Below the pieces are notes generated by a model, which worked only from the letters and a program-made list of their open reading frames with translations, was not told the origin of the DNA and searched no databases. From Tubiluchus corallicola (lineage: Eukaryota > Animalia > Priapulida), in assembly GCA_030141605.1 (NCBI GenBank), contig JAQGDQ010000047.1:558001-622000 (forward strand): DNA of 64,000 nt. The letters run 5' to 3'. Below are positions 12,201 through 25,682 of this stretch, piece after piece. The first letter of the stretch is position 1. Each line of letters starts with the position of its first letter. The position numbers and the translations under genes are program-made.

Positions 12201-15200
12201 ACCTGGCAAGACAGGCGCCAACTCTAGTGGCCGTGGCGTATTATCAATGTCCGGCTTGAGTTATGGTGTGGTGAGGGTCGATTCAGAAAACAGTCTGACT
12301 TCGTTAACTTTACAAGATTGTGGACAAGTATTGCCTGGCTGTAAGTTAAATTATTATAATAGTATCATGAAACAATTGATGAAGTCATTGTAAGTGAAAA
12401 AGTGTGCTAAATTTCAAATTCGAATTTTTATCTTAAAACATGCCTAGTTTTAGTACAACACACTGAATATCTTGCAGTAGCACTGTTCTTCAATTTTCGC
12501 TTTCGCAAACATGTGCAACACGTTCGTAAAATGTTTTTGCTGTTGAAAATCATGCTAGTTTGTGGTGTCATCAATAGTTGGGCTCGTCCGCCGTTAATTA
12601 AGTTTTTAATCTGTTATTTAATTATTAGAAACGCTTTTGCAGTATTAATCGTATAATGTTAAAATGTATACTTTTTATCGGGCTTGAAAATGGAGTAGTA
12701 GATGAAAAAATCATCCTGTCTTCCTTTAAGATAGAAATGAATTAATGTAAAATAAATATCATTGTAATTTTAAATTTCTGTTCCTAATAGATTTCCAAGC
12801 TTTTTACTGAAAACAATTTTTATTGTTGTTGTGTTGAAGTAACAAAAAAAGATTTATTGCTTATGCTGTTGTAGATCTTTTTTATTAATGCAATTTTTTT
12901 CTCCAAAACAAGTTAGCATGTTGTTTTTATCTAGAATTGCTGTTTTTTCTAGCACAGTTTAGATAAAGATTTACTACAGCTTCACAGTTTAATTTATCTA
13001 TCTGTCACCTAAATTTTCTTAAATAGTGAAGTATAATTACCATGCTACTTTAAATACTTTACTTTACTTTACTTTAGTATACTTTAAATTTTGCATTTAT
13101 AAGATTTCCCTGTTAAGTGACTGAACTGTGTCTTATAGTGTTTGGTACGTTTTTATAGCAATGATGGTTGTGGTATCAGTGGAAGGCCCTCCACAGTTAT
13201 GTAAAACTGACGAAGTTGGCGAGCTGTGTATATCAGCAGGATCTACTGGTAGCAATTACTGGGGATTACAGGGCCTCACAAATAACACTTTCAAGGTACC
13301 ATACAATCATACTAGTTTGTTTTTGCAGCACTGCCATGAAGCGCTTATTTTACTGAAGGCAATACATAATTTTGCTTTGTGTCGTTTTGTTGTGTAAATT
13401 ACCTTTATGTTATTTCCATTGCGGCATTATTTTCACAGAGTTTATTTGTGTATTGCAAAAAAGTTCAACATTCTATTAAAGCTAGCTGCTAAACCTTTCA
13501 TGCAAATAGCTGTTGGGCCATGCATATATCTCATATATGCATGACATAATTTTGCAAGTTGATAAATAAGCATGCACAAAATGAATAATACTTACTTTTT
13601 AATTTAGGTTAGGCCACTAAATCCAGAGGGTGAGTCAGTAAGCAGCTATGAATTTGTTCGGACTGGCCTGCTTGGATTTATGGGTCCGGTAAGTATTTAT
13701 CTATATTCATTCCAAGAAAGTATGAAAATCCAGTTTTGTCTTGGCTATAATTTTTATAACTCTTGTTCTAATTTGATTTTTGCTGTATGCAATGCTATAC
13801 TAATTGGAGGTATTACTGCAGGGTGGTTTAGTATTTGTGTGTGGCAGTAAAGATGGTCTGATGACGGTAACCGGACGGAGACATCAAGTTGATGACATTA
13901 TAGCTACCGTCCTTGCTGTGGAACCAATGAAATTTATTTACAGGGGAAGGTAAATTTATTTTTTTTGTATAATATTAACCTGTGAAGTACTATTCGTAAA
14001 TATTCCTGTGGTTGTTTACATTTTGAATTTTGAACAGTGGCGGCTCATAGCTAAAATTATTGGGGGTGTGGCTTCAGAAAATTTGTAATCATTTTAATTA
14101 GCCATTTAGCCATTACACAGTTTTAATACTGTGTAAAACGAAACAAACATATGCAAATTTATACACAAACTTGATAAAATCCTAAATAAAAAAATATTTT
14201 TTTGCTTACTAATATCGTAAATTGTCGCAGTTGTAATTCTGATCTTAATAGTCTAAATGTAATTCTACACTTTGTCACATTCAAGAATATACACAGTTTT
14301 TAAGTACGAAGCAATTGACAACACACACTATCCCTGTGTGAGCGACATTGGTTTCTCTACCTAGAATTCAGCATCTTTTCTCAGACGTGTGCGTGGCCCT
14401 CACGTGCTCTGGTCTGTATAGGTATAAAGAAAGAATTACACTCATATCTCAGTTTGCCGGACCTCCCTTTTATGGATATTGGAAGAATCGGACAAAATCT
14501 CAACTGCTAAAAAGTCCCGCATACTAGTGGCACAGTCCGTAGTTTCGCGAGGTGACTGCTATTTGGCTGGCTGTCCCTTTTTTTTACAATTTACATCATT
14601 ATGTCAGTGTAATCAGGCAGTGTGTAACGACTGTACTTAATGTGATTGTTTCTATGTATCTATAGTGCTCAAAAATGAAGTAAGACGACATAAAAATAGT
14701 AAAAGCTCATTTTTCGCACAAAAGTATTTTGTTTAGGCATGTGCAGAAAAAATGTAGATTCATTATGCGGAGTTATTTGAGTCAATTGCCGACAGTTTTT
14801 ATAGTTTTGCTAGATGTTTTTGAGACAATTATGCGATTGATTCTACATTAGCGTGAGTCTCATACACGGCAGTGTATTACTAATGCTACATAGTGTATTA
14901 GTGTATTTGTGTAATACAATACACATTAGTGTATTACCATTACTAATACTAATATTACTGTGAGTCTAATACTACATATTAGCTTAGTGCCGGTAAACAC
15001 GGATAATCAGCAAATTCGACCGACGTCTCCTCGCTTTTGTTTGTCAAAACGAGATGAGAGTGTATAGAAAAAAGACTCATTATACTGAATATTGTCAGTA
15101 CTATCAAGTAAAAATAAGGGGTGCTGCAGTTCCACAGTGCCTTTATACGAGCTGCCACTGATTTTAAATTTTTACTTTTTGCTTGCAGTGAGTTGTTGAA

Positions 15201-18200
15201 TATTTTTCCTTGAACTTTCAATTCCTTGTTTTAGTTTTAGTGACATGCCTGCCTTTTATGTGCAACATTTACCTCAAGCATTGTGTGATAAATGCTCAGG
15301 AAAAATGTATGAGAGGATTGTTTTCTTAGGTTGTGTATTTTTACGTTTGTCATTTATTTTATTTCAGAATAGCAGTATTTTCAATTCGGGTCTTAAGAGA
15401 TGAAAGGATAATCATCATTGCTGAGCAAAGACCAGATTGCTCGGAAGAAGAGGTAAAATTTTGTATTAGTTTTCATTGTATGATTTTTTCTGCCTTTTAA
15501 TAAACAGCATTAAAATCTTTAAACATGTTTGTGATTATTGTTAATTGATCACATTTTAATGGTTTTAGCAGTGATTTTCTGCATTTTCTCTTTAGAGCTT
15601 CCAGTGGATGTCTCGTGTTATGCAGGCTGTTGACAGCATTCATAGTGTAGGCATCTACTGCCTATGTCTGGTTCCTGCCAATCAATTGCCTAAGGTAAAT
15701 AAACAAATTTTTAAATGTCAGAATAACTTACCGCAGTCGTGCAAGTTCATGTTTGTCTGTTTTTCATATGGTTTTCATCATTTTTATAGACACCATTGGG
15801 AGGAATACATCTGTCAGAAACAAAAAAGAGGTTTCTGGAAGGTTCTCTTCACCCGTCTAATCTTTTGATGTGTCCTCACACTTGTGTTCAGAATCTACCT
15901 AAGCCTCGTGAACGACATCCAGGTAAGTTGAAATACTTGTTTATGTACTGAATCAGAGATCATGGCAGGTCCACAAGTTCCAAAAAAGCAATGAACACTA
16001 AAATATTTTCATTGGTTAAACCCCCCCCCCCAGTTCAGCTAGGCAAGATGACCTTATTAATAGGTCATGCATTGTCTGTTGTTTTGGTAATCTTTGTGTT
16101 TATTAGTCCTTTTTAAACACCTGTTAATGCTGAGTTACTGAAGGTAAATGCAACAGCATATGAGCATATCTGCACTATCAGCATGTGCTTCGATTAATTT
16201 TTGGTAATTGAAATTGTGAAGACAACACAGCAGAAAAACTTCCTTCTGTAATTATCAGTAATTGATTTATTCAAACTTGTGATTTTTTCATTGTGTAGAA
16301 GTTGGACCAGCATCAATGTATATGGGCAACCTAGTAACAGGCAATCGAATAGAAGGTGCTAGAGGACGCGATTTAGGGTATATTGATGAAGACTCGGATA
16401 CAGCCAAGAAGGTAGACTTATATTTTTGGTTTGCAGTTTGTTGTACCATATACCTAACAGAAATTGGAACTCGGTATTAGTTGTGAACTCACGAGAATTT
16501 TCGTCCGATAATTCTCATATTGAAATTTATTTGCTCTTCTTCTGCTTAGTTTAAATATTCCAGAATTTTGTTGTGGTTAAAACTTGCTACAAAAACCGTC
16601 TTGTGAAATTGTTTCTAAAATTTGACATGCATTCGATAACTTGTGCTGTTTATGCGCCAGAGAAAAGACATTTAGATGTTAGTTGCTCCTTTGCCTGTAT
16701 AATCTGTATGGTATGATGCTATGAATCTTGCATTTTAATGTTGTGTTGGTCCAGTCTAACAAATTGTTTAACTTTCTTGTTTGTAGTATCAGTTCTTATC
16801 CGAGGTACTTCGGTGGAGAGCAACCACGACAGCTGAACATGTGATATTTACTGTACTCAACTCAAAGGTATTGCTATTTTTTAACTCAAGATTTTTTAAG
16901 TAGCCTATGTTTGATGTGCTACACTGTCAAATTTGGAGTTCAGAATTTTTTTGGGGGGTTAAGATGAATTGTTTATGATAAGTTTACTTTGTATATTTTG
17001 TCGTTTTGCTGAATTTCATCTGTACAATTCCTGTTTGTTTGTGTACAGCTAATTGAAAAATGTCAAACCTAATGAAGTGTTTCTTTATTAATACTTTAAC
17101 TTTTGTAATATTTTCGTACAGAATGCAGTTGCGGCACAGATAACCTGTCAGCAGCTACATAAGAAAGCAGAACGGATAGGTTGCCTCATGTTGGAAAGGG
17201 GAAAAATAAATGTTGGCGAACATGTTGCACTAGTCTTTCCTCCTGGTATTGATCTGATAGCTGCTTTCTATGGCTGCTTGGCTATAGGTGAGCTTTTCTG
17301 CTGTTATTGTTTTGTGAATGTGAATGTGTTAATGAAATTACAACACGAAAAATTTTGTTCTGACAACTTGAAAATTTAAAAAAAAAATTTTAATAAAAAT
17401 ATTAAGATTAATCTTTGTTGGTGCATGGTTTTAAGGAACAACAAGAAGCTAATTTCATTTGAGGTTTGAAAGAATTACCTCTAAATTTCTGTAAAGAATT
17501 ACATATCAAGCAAGTTTTTTAAAAGCGAAATTGTATTACAAATTTAGAATTCACATTATATTTTGAAAGTGTAGAGTGAGAAAGATTAGGTTATCAGAAT
17601 TTTTTTTGTAAAATTTGATTGTACTTGTCATGTTTTCACTATGCTATATCATTTCATTCACTTTGTGATGTATAATATTGAACTTGCTTTTTTCTGGCAT
17701 TCTTATGTCAAGTTTATGTCTGCTAATTTGTCATACCATCATCTATTAAATATGTTGTTTCTTTAATTCAGGTGTCACACCAGTTGCTGTTAGGCCACCT
17801 CATCCCCAGAATCTGACAACAACTCTTCCCACCGTGAAGATGATTGTAGAAGTTAGCAAATCTGTAGCAGTCCTTTCCACTCAGTCAGTCATCAAGTTGT
17901 TAAAATCAAAGGTAAAAACAGATTTCTGTATTTATTAAATAATAATACAGGCACCGCTTATTAGACTCACGGTTATTAATAGACTCAATCGCTTAATTGA
18001 CTCAGAAATGCCAGACCGCTCCTATTCAAGTGTATATAAAAACAGTCGGAAATTGACTCAAATAACTCCGCGTGCTTCACGGAGTTATTACTTCACGTGC
18101 TTAAATAAGACATATGTGGCTAATGAGCTTTTACTACCTTTGTGTCATCTTAGTTCACTTTTGTGCTGTATAATATATGCAGAACAATAATCATGTTAAG

Positions 18201-21200
18201 TACGATTTTGTTTGTAAACAGGTATGTTTATCATGTGGTAATACGCTAGTGTAGAAGTTTTGCTTTGAATCTGTTACCTGCTCGTCCACTGCAATTAACC
18301 TCTGCACGTTACCCAAGAATTTCGGGAAGATAAACATTTAATCACTTGTCTAGCAGTTTCCTTTTGATGCTCTCTTTGCAAATCACGCTTTCACGCTTAA
18401 TCAGTTAACAGTCAAGGCTACAGGTACAGTAATCAGCCAGCATTCCTTGTGACTTACAAGAGTAAACACCATTCAGCTGTGTGATCAAGGCATTATTCGA
18501 ACACTGAAGGCATACTATAGAAAAGAAATGTGGACGACAGTTTTAGAAGCAATGGAATGCATATTAAGCTAATTATTCAAACTTCTGTACCAGTCATACT
18601 ACAGTTGGTTAATTGGGTCAAAACACTTCAGTCCCAAAGTGAGTTTATTAAGCGGTGCCTACTAGATATATATATATACATGTATATAAATTAAATTACA
18701 GTGACTCGGTAACTTGATGTATATGTTGTATTTTTTCTACTAGGAGGCTCTTGGTGTCGTGGATACTCGAACGTGGCCACCAATTTTGGACACTGATGAC
18801 TCTCCGAAAAAGAAGCTGTTGCAACCATATAAAGCCCCATCAGCAGAGACAGTAGCATACTTAGATTTCAGTGTTTCTACTACTGGCATGCTCGCTGGTA
18901 TTAAGGTAACTTGTTAATACATATTATGCAACATTTTGCGCATTAATATGACTAGCATTTTAACATATATTTTACATATTAATATTTTACTCATAAATTA
19001 TGGTACCCCTTTTATTTTAAAACTTACACATCATCAATTACATACTTCTTTATGGTTAGCTAACCAAATAACTAACTAATTAGGTAACTAAGAAGCTACT
19101 AATAATGCTTTTACCACCGATGTATTACACTAGAGGTGTATTCAGTTGTACTTTAGTTATTCTTATTGTATGATAATTTGCTGCAAATCTTGTGTTATAT
19201 AACATTTGATAACTTGATTTATGATAAAAATCAAAATTGTTGTCTCTTGATGCAATGACAAATAATATGCCTAACTGTCGAATACCACGGATCAACTATG
19301 TTACAAAAACAATATTTCCACTTTATGTAAACCATCATCAGGTACAAATACATTACTAAATTGTTTATAATAATTATTTGAAATTGTTTATGTCAGAATT
19401 CTCATTTTCAACATAAAACTCAACATCCCTAATATATTAACAATCAACTTTGTAGGTTTCGCATCAAGCATGCACTTCACTATGTCGCAGTATGAAACTA
19501 TCCTGTGAACTCTATCCCTCGAGACACATCGCACTTTGTCTTGATCCATACTGTGGACTCGGCTTTGTGCTTTGGTGCTTGAGCAGCGTTTACTCCGGCC
19601 ATCATTCAATTCTCATTCCACCGAGTGAAGTGGAGTTGAATCCAGCTCTCTGGCTTAGTACTGTTAGTCAATATAAAGGTAAGTCCTCAAATTTTATTGA
19701 CTATTGCTAAATTAATGGTAAGACTTAGGAAGACTTAGGATCTAAGATAATAAAATCACGGCAGAACCATCTTCTTTAGTGTTGTGTGAAATTAAACTAG
19801 CATTGTTGACCTTTTGGGCATTTTATATTACAACAAAGTGGCGAGCAAATTCAAAATAATAATTCACGATATATAGAAGCACTGTAGAAATGTCAACTTC
19901 TGCCACAACAATGATTGAGCACATGTAATATATGTATGGTTTACACATATACATGTGTTTCTAGAATACAGAGCACAGACATGTTGACCAGTTTCCATGA
20001 ATCCCATAATACAAGGATTTGCAGATGTAGTCCAAATAATAGTAAAAAAGTCTCCTCCAGAATAAAGTGCAATTTAGCCATTGTTAAAAGGTTTTGCTTT
20101 TCATCTTAAATGTTGTTTGTAGGTTGCAGTTAAAAACTTTTCTTCGCATTAAAATTAAATGACAAGTGAAAAAAAATCCACTGATTTCGTTGTGTTAATA
20201 TAGGCATGCAACCTAATGGCAGCCTTTTTCACATAATTTTATGATTTTATAATAGCAAACACTTGCTGTGGATGTAGTGGCTGTCATTATGGGAGTGATA
20301 TAAAGGAATTAACCAACTAGACACACCCTGATATTACTGCATTATTGATACCCTTTTATCACTTTTTATTGAGTAATAGCTTTTGGTGCATTTATATTGT
20401 GTTCTGTATCCATTTGTAATGTTAACGATTTCTTTTTTCTGTTGTAGTGAGAGATACATTCTGCACATATTCTGTGATGGAGCTTTGCACAAAAGGATTA
20501 GGAACTTCTATTAACTTACTCAAGGTAAATTATTATTTTTTATATTTTTGTTGCAGTTACATGATAATTACACGATATTCAGTTCTTATCCTCAAACTTA
20601 CTTCTTTTATATATTGTAGTAAAACATAAAACGAAATTGTGTTTCAGCAAAGAGGGGTGAATTTATCATGTGTACGAACATTAGGAGTGATTGCTGAGGA
20701 ACGGCCCAGGATATCACTTTGTACGAATTTTTCCAAACTGTTCTCGGGCCTTGGACTTGGTCCTCGTGCAGTCAGTACAAGCTTTGGTTGTAGAGTAAAT
20801 ATAGGAATCTGTCTTCAGGTAATGTGAATTTCAATTTTAGGAGAGTTTTGGTACAGCTTAATAAATTTAAGCAGCACTATTAAGCTGTAACATTGCTTGC
20901 AACTTGAATAAATGTTCTCTAAAATTGTAGTACATCCTTCAGACTAGATGTATGCTATATATTGCTTTGCAGTTTTTATGTGTGCAAGGACTCGTTTCTA
21001 TAGGGAAATTAAAATAAGCACGGAAAATTACTTGACAAAGTTAGGAGAGCATGTTTCTTAGACATGGACTTTTAATTAAAAGTAATCTGTTAAACATACG
21101 TTTTTGCTTTTGATAGGGAGCATCTAGTCCAGAACCAACTACTGTATATGTTGACATGAGAGCATTGAGGAATGATAGGGTAACTTTGGTTGAAAAAGGA

Positions 21201-23543
21201 AGTCCCCACAGCCTGGCAGTTATGGAATCTGGAAAGGTATAAAACCCTTGTATAATATGCTTTAGTTTATTAAATGGCTTTAGACACTTGATGATTGTAA
21301 GTTTTGAATTAATAAGAAGCTCCTCTGTTGAACACGAAATTGTTAATTTGTAGATACTTTATGCAAAATTAAGAACTGTGTATTTTAAGCTGATGTTTTT
21401 GAAATTTTGTAGCTCTTGCCGGGCGTAAAGGTTGTGATAGCTAATCCGGACAATAAAAGTCAGTGTGGTGATTCTCATCTTGGTGAAGTAAGTAGCTTAT
21501 TGAGTTGCTTTCCTCTTTGTTGACAATACTGTAGTGTCTACAATAATATTTATTGCACTTGACTAAGAGTTTTTATAATGTCCCATTACAGGGCCGTAGT
21601 CGGCTTTTGAAAAGTGGTCCGGCCACAGATACGGAACAGGTAGAAGAAGTATACAGCAGCAAAATATAGAAGAGTATATTATAATTTATAATACAGAGTT
21701 ATAATATAATAGAGCACTACACATACTCAATGATGACATGATTGATTAAAACTTCCCAAACACACATCTGCACCGCTCATTTCTAGCAGTAAACTCGTTC
21801 GCAATTTGCTTCAGGTCGAGAGTGTCTGTTCTATCCATATGTACATGCAAAGTCGTGAGATTGTTCAGTCTTGTTTGAGTCATCGTACTCTGCAAATAAG
21901 TTTTTACTCTACGCAGGGCTGAGAATGTCCTTTCACTTGTAGAATTTGTAGCCGGAATCACTAGTAGTATCCTGACAAGAATCGCAATTTCGGAATAGAT
22001 TGATCGCATCGCAGGTTTAAGTTCACGGAAATAACCGAATATATCCGACAGACTGACTGATTCACCTTGCTGATTTAGGCTGATTTGGAACCGGTGCTAT
22101 ATCCATGATAGATGAATTCATATTCTGTTTGTTGATTGGATATAATTTCTGTTTGCTGATTGGATATAATAATGAAGTCTAAACCAAAATTGCTTATTTT
22201 AGCTTCGAATAGAAACAATTTATGTGCTTTATTGTTGTCATTTGAAGGGGAGATGTCTATGCACGTATGGCAGAAAAAGTGTCTACGACTACTGCCGACT
22301 ACGGCCTTGCATTACTGATTTGCTGTCATATAACTATGTATATCATGTAATTAAACCTTACAGTTTGCTAACCTGTGTAGTTTTGCTGAAAAGTATTAAC
22401 TGTGAATGCTGTAAATACTCTTCTTGGTCTTTATTTTTTGATACTCAGTATATGTGCACCACAACTTAAGGAGCCCTCACATTATTCACTCACACGTGAT
22501 TCTGTATTTAGATATGGGTGAATAGTCCGCATAATTCTTCTGGCTACTACACTATATATGGTGACGACTCATTGCACAGTGAACAGTTTTGCACATTTTT
22601 GGCAATGGGTGATACAAAGACACCATTTGCTCGTACGGGCTATCTCGGATTTCTCCGCCGGACCGAAGCCGTAAATCAAGATGGAGGTAATTATTAAAAT
22701 TGCTGCACATGTATTATTGCATGGAAGTCCCAAGAAATTTCAATCTGGAAAACCAACAGTCATGTATATTTTTATCTTAAATTGAGAATACTTTGGATAG
22801 TTCCTTATTATTTGGAATCAAAGCAATTTTCTGTTGAGTATACATTAATTTAGGGTTCTCATTGATGCATTCTAATGAAAGTAGTGATGATGACATCAGC
22901 AGTCTTCATTTGTTTACAAGGATTTTTTCATTCATGTATTTTTTAGAACTGCATGATGCTGTGTTTGTGCTTGGAGCACTTGATGAAACATTTTTACTCC
23001 GAGGCATGAGATTCCACCCCATTGACATAGAGAACAGTGTACAAAGAGCCCACAAGAAAATGTGTGAATGGTAACTACCCATTTTTATATCTTGAAAGCC
23101 CACAAAAGATAATTGGATTTTCACTTTACTGGTAAATCTGGAAAAATTTGGATTAGGAAAAGTAACGGAAGTTGGCGACAGCCTTGTATGTGAGCATATT
23201 TTGTGTTTGTGCTTATTATTTTTGTATTTTTCGTTATATGAATGCTCTATTCATGAATTTTTTACCAGTATGCATTATTTGCTATTCCAGTGCTGTATTC
23301 ACATGGACCAATCTACTCGTGGTCGTGGCTGAACTTGATGGAAATGAGAACGAAGCACTGGACATTGTCCCACTGATAACAAACGTCGTTCTCGAGGAAC
23401 ACTACTTGATCGTGGGTGTAGTTGTAATTGTTGATCCCGGAACAGTGCCGATCAACTCCAGAGGCGAGAAACAACGGATGCATCTACGTGATGGTTTCTT
23501 GGCAGATCAGCTAGATCCTATATATGTAGCATATAATATGTAG
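233..23543 (+). CDS. DIP2: Disco-interacting protein 2 homolog (DIP2; tandem AMP-binding/fatty-acyl-AMP-ligase-like domains), 5'-partial, 32 coding exons
   Basis: GT-AG exons with consistent phases: 233-361, 746-1225, 1951(or 1960)-2097, 4730-4843, 5307-5386, 5606-5729, 7917-8008, 8263-8373, 8806-8929, 9525-9628, 10200-10367, 10471-10684, 12086-12340, 13159-13295, 13608-13688, 13822-13949, 15368-15452, 15596-15694, 15790-15922, 16299-16411, 16787-16867, 17122-17287, 17772-17911, 18744-18905, 19456-19678, 20448-20524, 20648-20818, 21117-21236, 21413-21487, 22512-22686, 22947-23070, 23291-23543 (TAG). Translation gives DIP2 hallmarks: EAVQQALA..PMPSKR, KIQQLLNTLKRPKR, VPIEVPLTKRDAGS, LLVADGANPWS, ICPCASSPEALTVAIRRP, LDFSVSTTGMLAGIK, and the C-terminus PINSRGEKQRMHLRDGFLADQLDPIYVAYNM. 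The N-terminal DMAP1-binding exons lie upstream of the window. Confidence 0.97.
10836..11832 (+). mobile_element. Tc1/mariner-pogo-like MITE, copy 1 (DIP2 intron)
   Basis: TIRs TAATAGGCGCCGCTTAATAGACTC ... GAGTTTATTGAGCGGCACCTACTG flanked by TA; homologous copies at 17945-18664 and 14632-14880. Confidence 0.8.
14035..15160. mobile_element. Non-autonomous hAT element (MITE)
   Basis: TIRs CAGTGGCGGCTCAT / ACGAGCTGCCACTG; 8-bp TSD ATTTTGAA / ATTTTAAA (7/8 match). Confidence 0.75.
14632..14880 (+). mobile_element. Partial copy 3 of the pogo-like MITE (3' part), nested in a hAT MITE
   Basis: GTACTTAA..GATTGTTTCTATGTA...GGAGTTATTTGAGTCAATT matches 11569-11832. Confidence 0.7.
17945..18664 (-). 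mobile_element. Same pogo-like MITE family, copy 2, inverted and internally shorter
   Basis: Both ends and the internal core (TTCTTGGGTAAC..GGTTAATTGCAGTGGA..TACAAACAAAA..GTACTTAACATGATT) match copy 1 on the opposite strand. Confidence 0.8.
21589..22309 (-). mobile_element. Internally deleted hAT transposon retaining the C-terminal dimerization domain; 5-bp TSD
   Basis: 16-bp TIRs CAGGGCCGTAGTCGGC / GCCGACTACGGCCTTG; CATTA duplicated at 21584-21588 and 22310-22314; ORF 22009-21746 LLVIPATNSTSERTFSALRRVKTYLQSTMTQTRLNNL is a ZMYM1/THAP12-type hAT dimerization domain. Confidence 0.9.
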
Positions 23544-24974
23544 ATAGACATTTGTGACCTTTTTATATGATGATGTATTTAACCACTCCATTGTTTCATC
23601 GTTGTGTTTCAGGCTCATCCAGTGCAGATTTATTAGAAATTCTGCACAAGAAAATAGCATATAAATAACATCTCAGATCTTCTTAGAATTACGCCTCTAA
23701 TTACACAAAATGATACATATATTTAGTGGCGAGATATAGGTAATATATTATAGTAATGGCAGTCACAACAACTGCCGATTTTTAACACGTATGGTTTTTA
23801 GTTTCTGCTACACAAACACCAGATGAGAATGGTGAAAGTTTGCCCTCCGAATAGTAATAATTATGCTTGATTGTACGTGCATGCCATTTGGTAAGCAGTA
23901 TACTAAAAACTTGTTTAGTCATGAGAAGTGAGATCTTTATAGAAATCGTGAATGTGTGATATTTGAAGTTAATTCTTTTTTTTACTCGTGATACCTCGCT
24001 GCAAGTTCTTTTAATAATTTTTTCAGTTGGTTGGAACACGAGAGTTATTTCGCATTGGTTAAGTGTTGTTTTTTGTTTGTATAAATGTATTTCTGTTATG
24101 CACTAACAGAGTGATTGCTTCCGCATAAATAAGTACAAAGTTTATTAATTGTTTCAAAGTTAAATTGAAGCAATTCCTGAACACAAAAACTCAAGTTAAG
24201 TTAGCCAGTTGCACTGGCTGGTACATAAAAATTGAGATAAAGGCCAAGTTTTGTTTGTGTAAATGTCACTCAGAAAAGTTGTTGTGATTAAGTTAGTTAT
24301 TGCCACAGGTACACTTGCGATTATTACCTGTTATTCAGTCATTATTATAGATACATAGGTGTGTTTCTAATACATGGCCATTTTCATTTGCATGTGTCAT
24401 ATATTGACTGTAGTGTCACATTTCTCTGTATATTACGTTGTAAAATAGATGAACTAACAAGTGTGCTAATTATTAAATTTTTGTAAATAGTGCTATATTA
24501 TTATGTTATTATTATTAGCAGTTATCAGCAATAGTTGGCTTTGTCTTGTTTGGCAGTGTGCCAAATGATTTTGGCCATGTTCAGTTCTTCATTAAAAAGT
24601 GCAACTAAGTTTGTTGAAAACTCTGATCTTTTAGGTTTTTAGTTTCTTTTAGTTTCATCTTTTTATGGTAGTTCTTGTAAGCTTGTTTGTCTGTTTGGTA
24701 TCTGGTGGTGAAGCAGTATTTATGTTCCCCTTTCTCAAAGTTGACTGTTTATAATTTTAAATGATAGATGAATAATTGGCTGCTTCTGTTATGTATTTAA
24801 ATTATTTTTCAGATTCCTTTTTTATTTGTAATTTTTTTTATGATTTAGAGTTGTGGTCTTCATTCTCATTGTTTATGACGTTTGATGTGGCAGATGTGGT
24901 GTTTGTTGCGTTTAAAAATTTGTAATTTCTTCATGTGAACTTCTCATTTCATGCAAACGAGTGATAAGTTCTGT

Positions 24975-24980
24975 AATAAA
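24975..24980 (+). promoter_or_regulatory. Candidate polyadenylation signal of DIP2 (~1.45-kb 3' UTR)
   Basis: AATAAA followed by T/GT-rich sequence, downstream of the DIP2 stop and just before the convergent gene's 3' end. Confidence 0.5.
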
Positions 24981-25277
24981 ATTTTTTAAAGAAGTGACTT
25001 TTTGTTGTTTAGTAAATTGTTTTTCGAAAGTTGATGGAAGAACTTTTTGGGAGCATAATTCATATTGTACATAAAAATGACAAAAAATCAGACTATGAAA
25101 TATTTTTGCTGTTACTAATTACTGTCACTGGTAACTGCAGAGATTATTTTTAGAATGGATATCTGAAATTTTGAAAGGGAATCTCTTCACTGTTTTAGTC
25201 TCATTGTTGATTTAATAAGTTTTTTCTACGTTTCTTTTCCTAAGTAGTTTAAAACATCTGTTTTAAATAAGATTACA

Positions 25278-25283
25278 TTTATT
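25278..25283 (-). promoter_or_regulatory. Candidate polyadenylation signal of the PTP-like gene
   Basis: AATAAA on - strand ~400 nt after the stop at 25683. Confidence 0.45.
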
Positions 25284-25682
25284 TTACATGATAATATCTG
25301 CATTTTATCAGGGAAGGCACAGAACAGTTATTTACATGTTTAACACCTAATATTATATAATTCCTCATATACAGAATGCTATAAATAATACAAATATTGC
25401 AGTATCTAAACTTATATAATTCATATGAAACAAACAAATAATTATGAAATTGAATCGATCGATATTGAAGTTGTGGAGACTGTTCTAAAGCCTGTTCTAA
25501 TTCTTTGAACTACACTGTATTTTAAAAATTTAGACCCTCGTGTTTTCTTACATAGTATATAGTTTGATTTAAGATAAGTATAGTTAGTGTACATTACACA
25601 TTTTTGATGTGAGTTATCTATTCAGTGATTGGTGGCTACTTTCCAAAATTCATTTTTCAACGTTTTAGTCTGTATTCATGTG

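Noticed and set aside
24975-25283. Overlap of the convergent 3' ends of DIP2 and the PTP-like gene
   Set aside because: Candidate poly(A) signals are ~300 bp apart and do not overlap; an ordinary tail-to-tail arrangement
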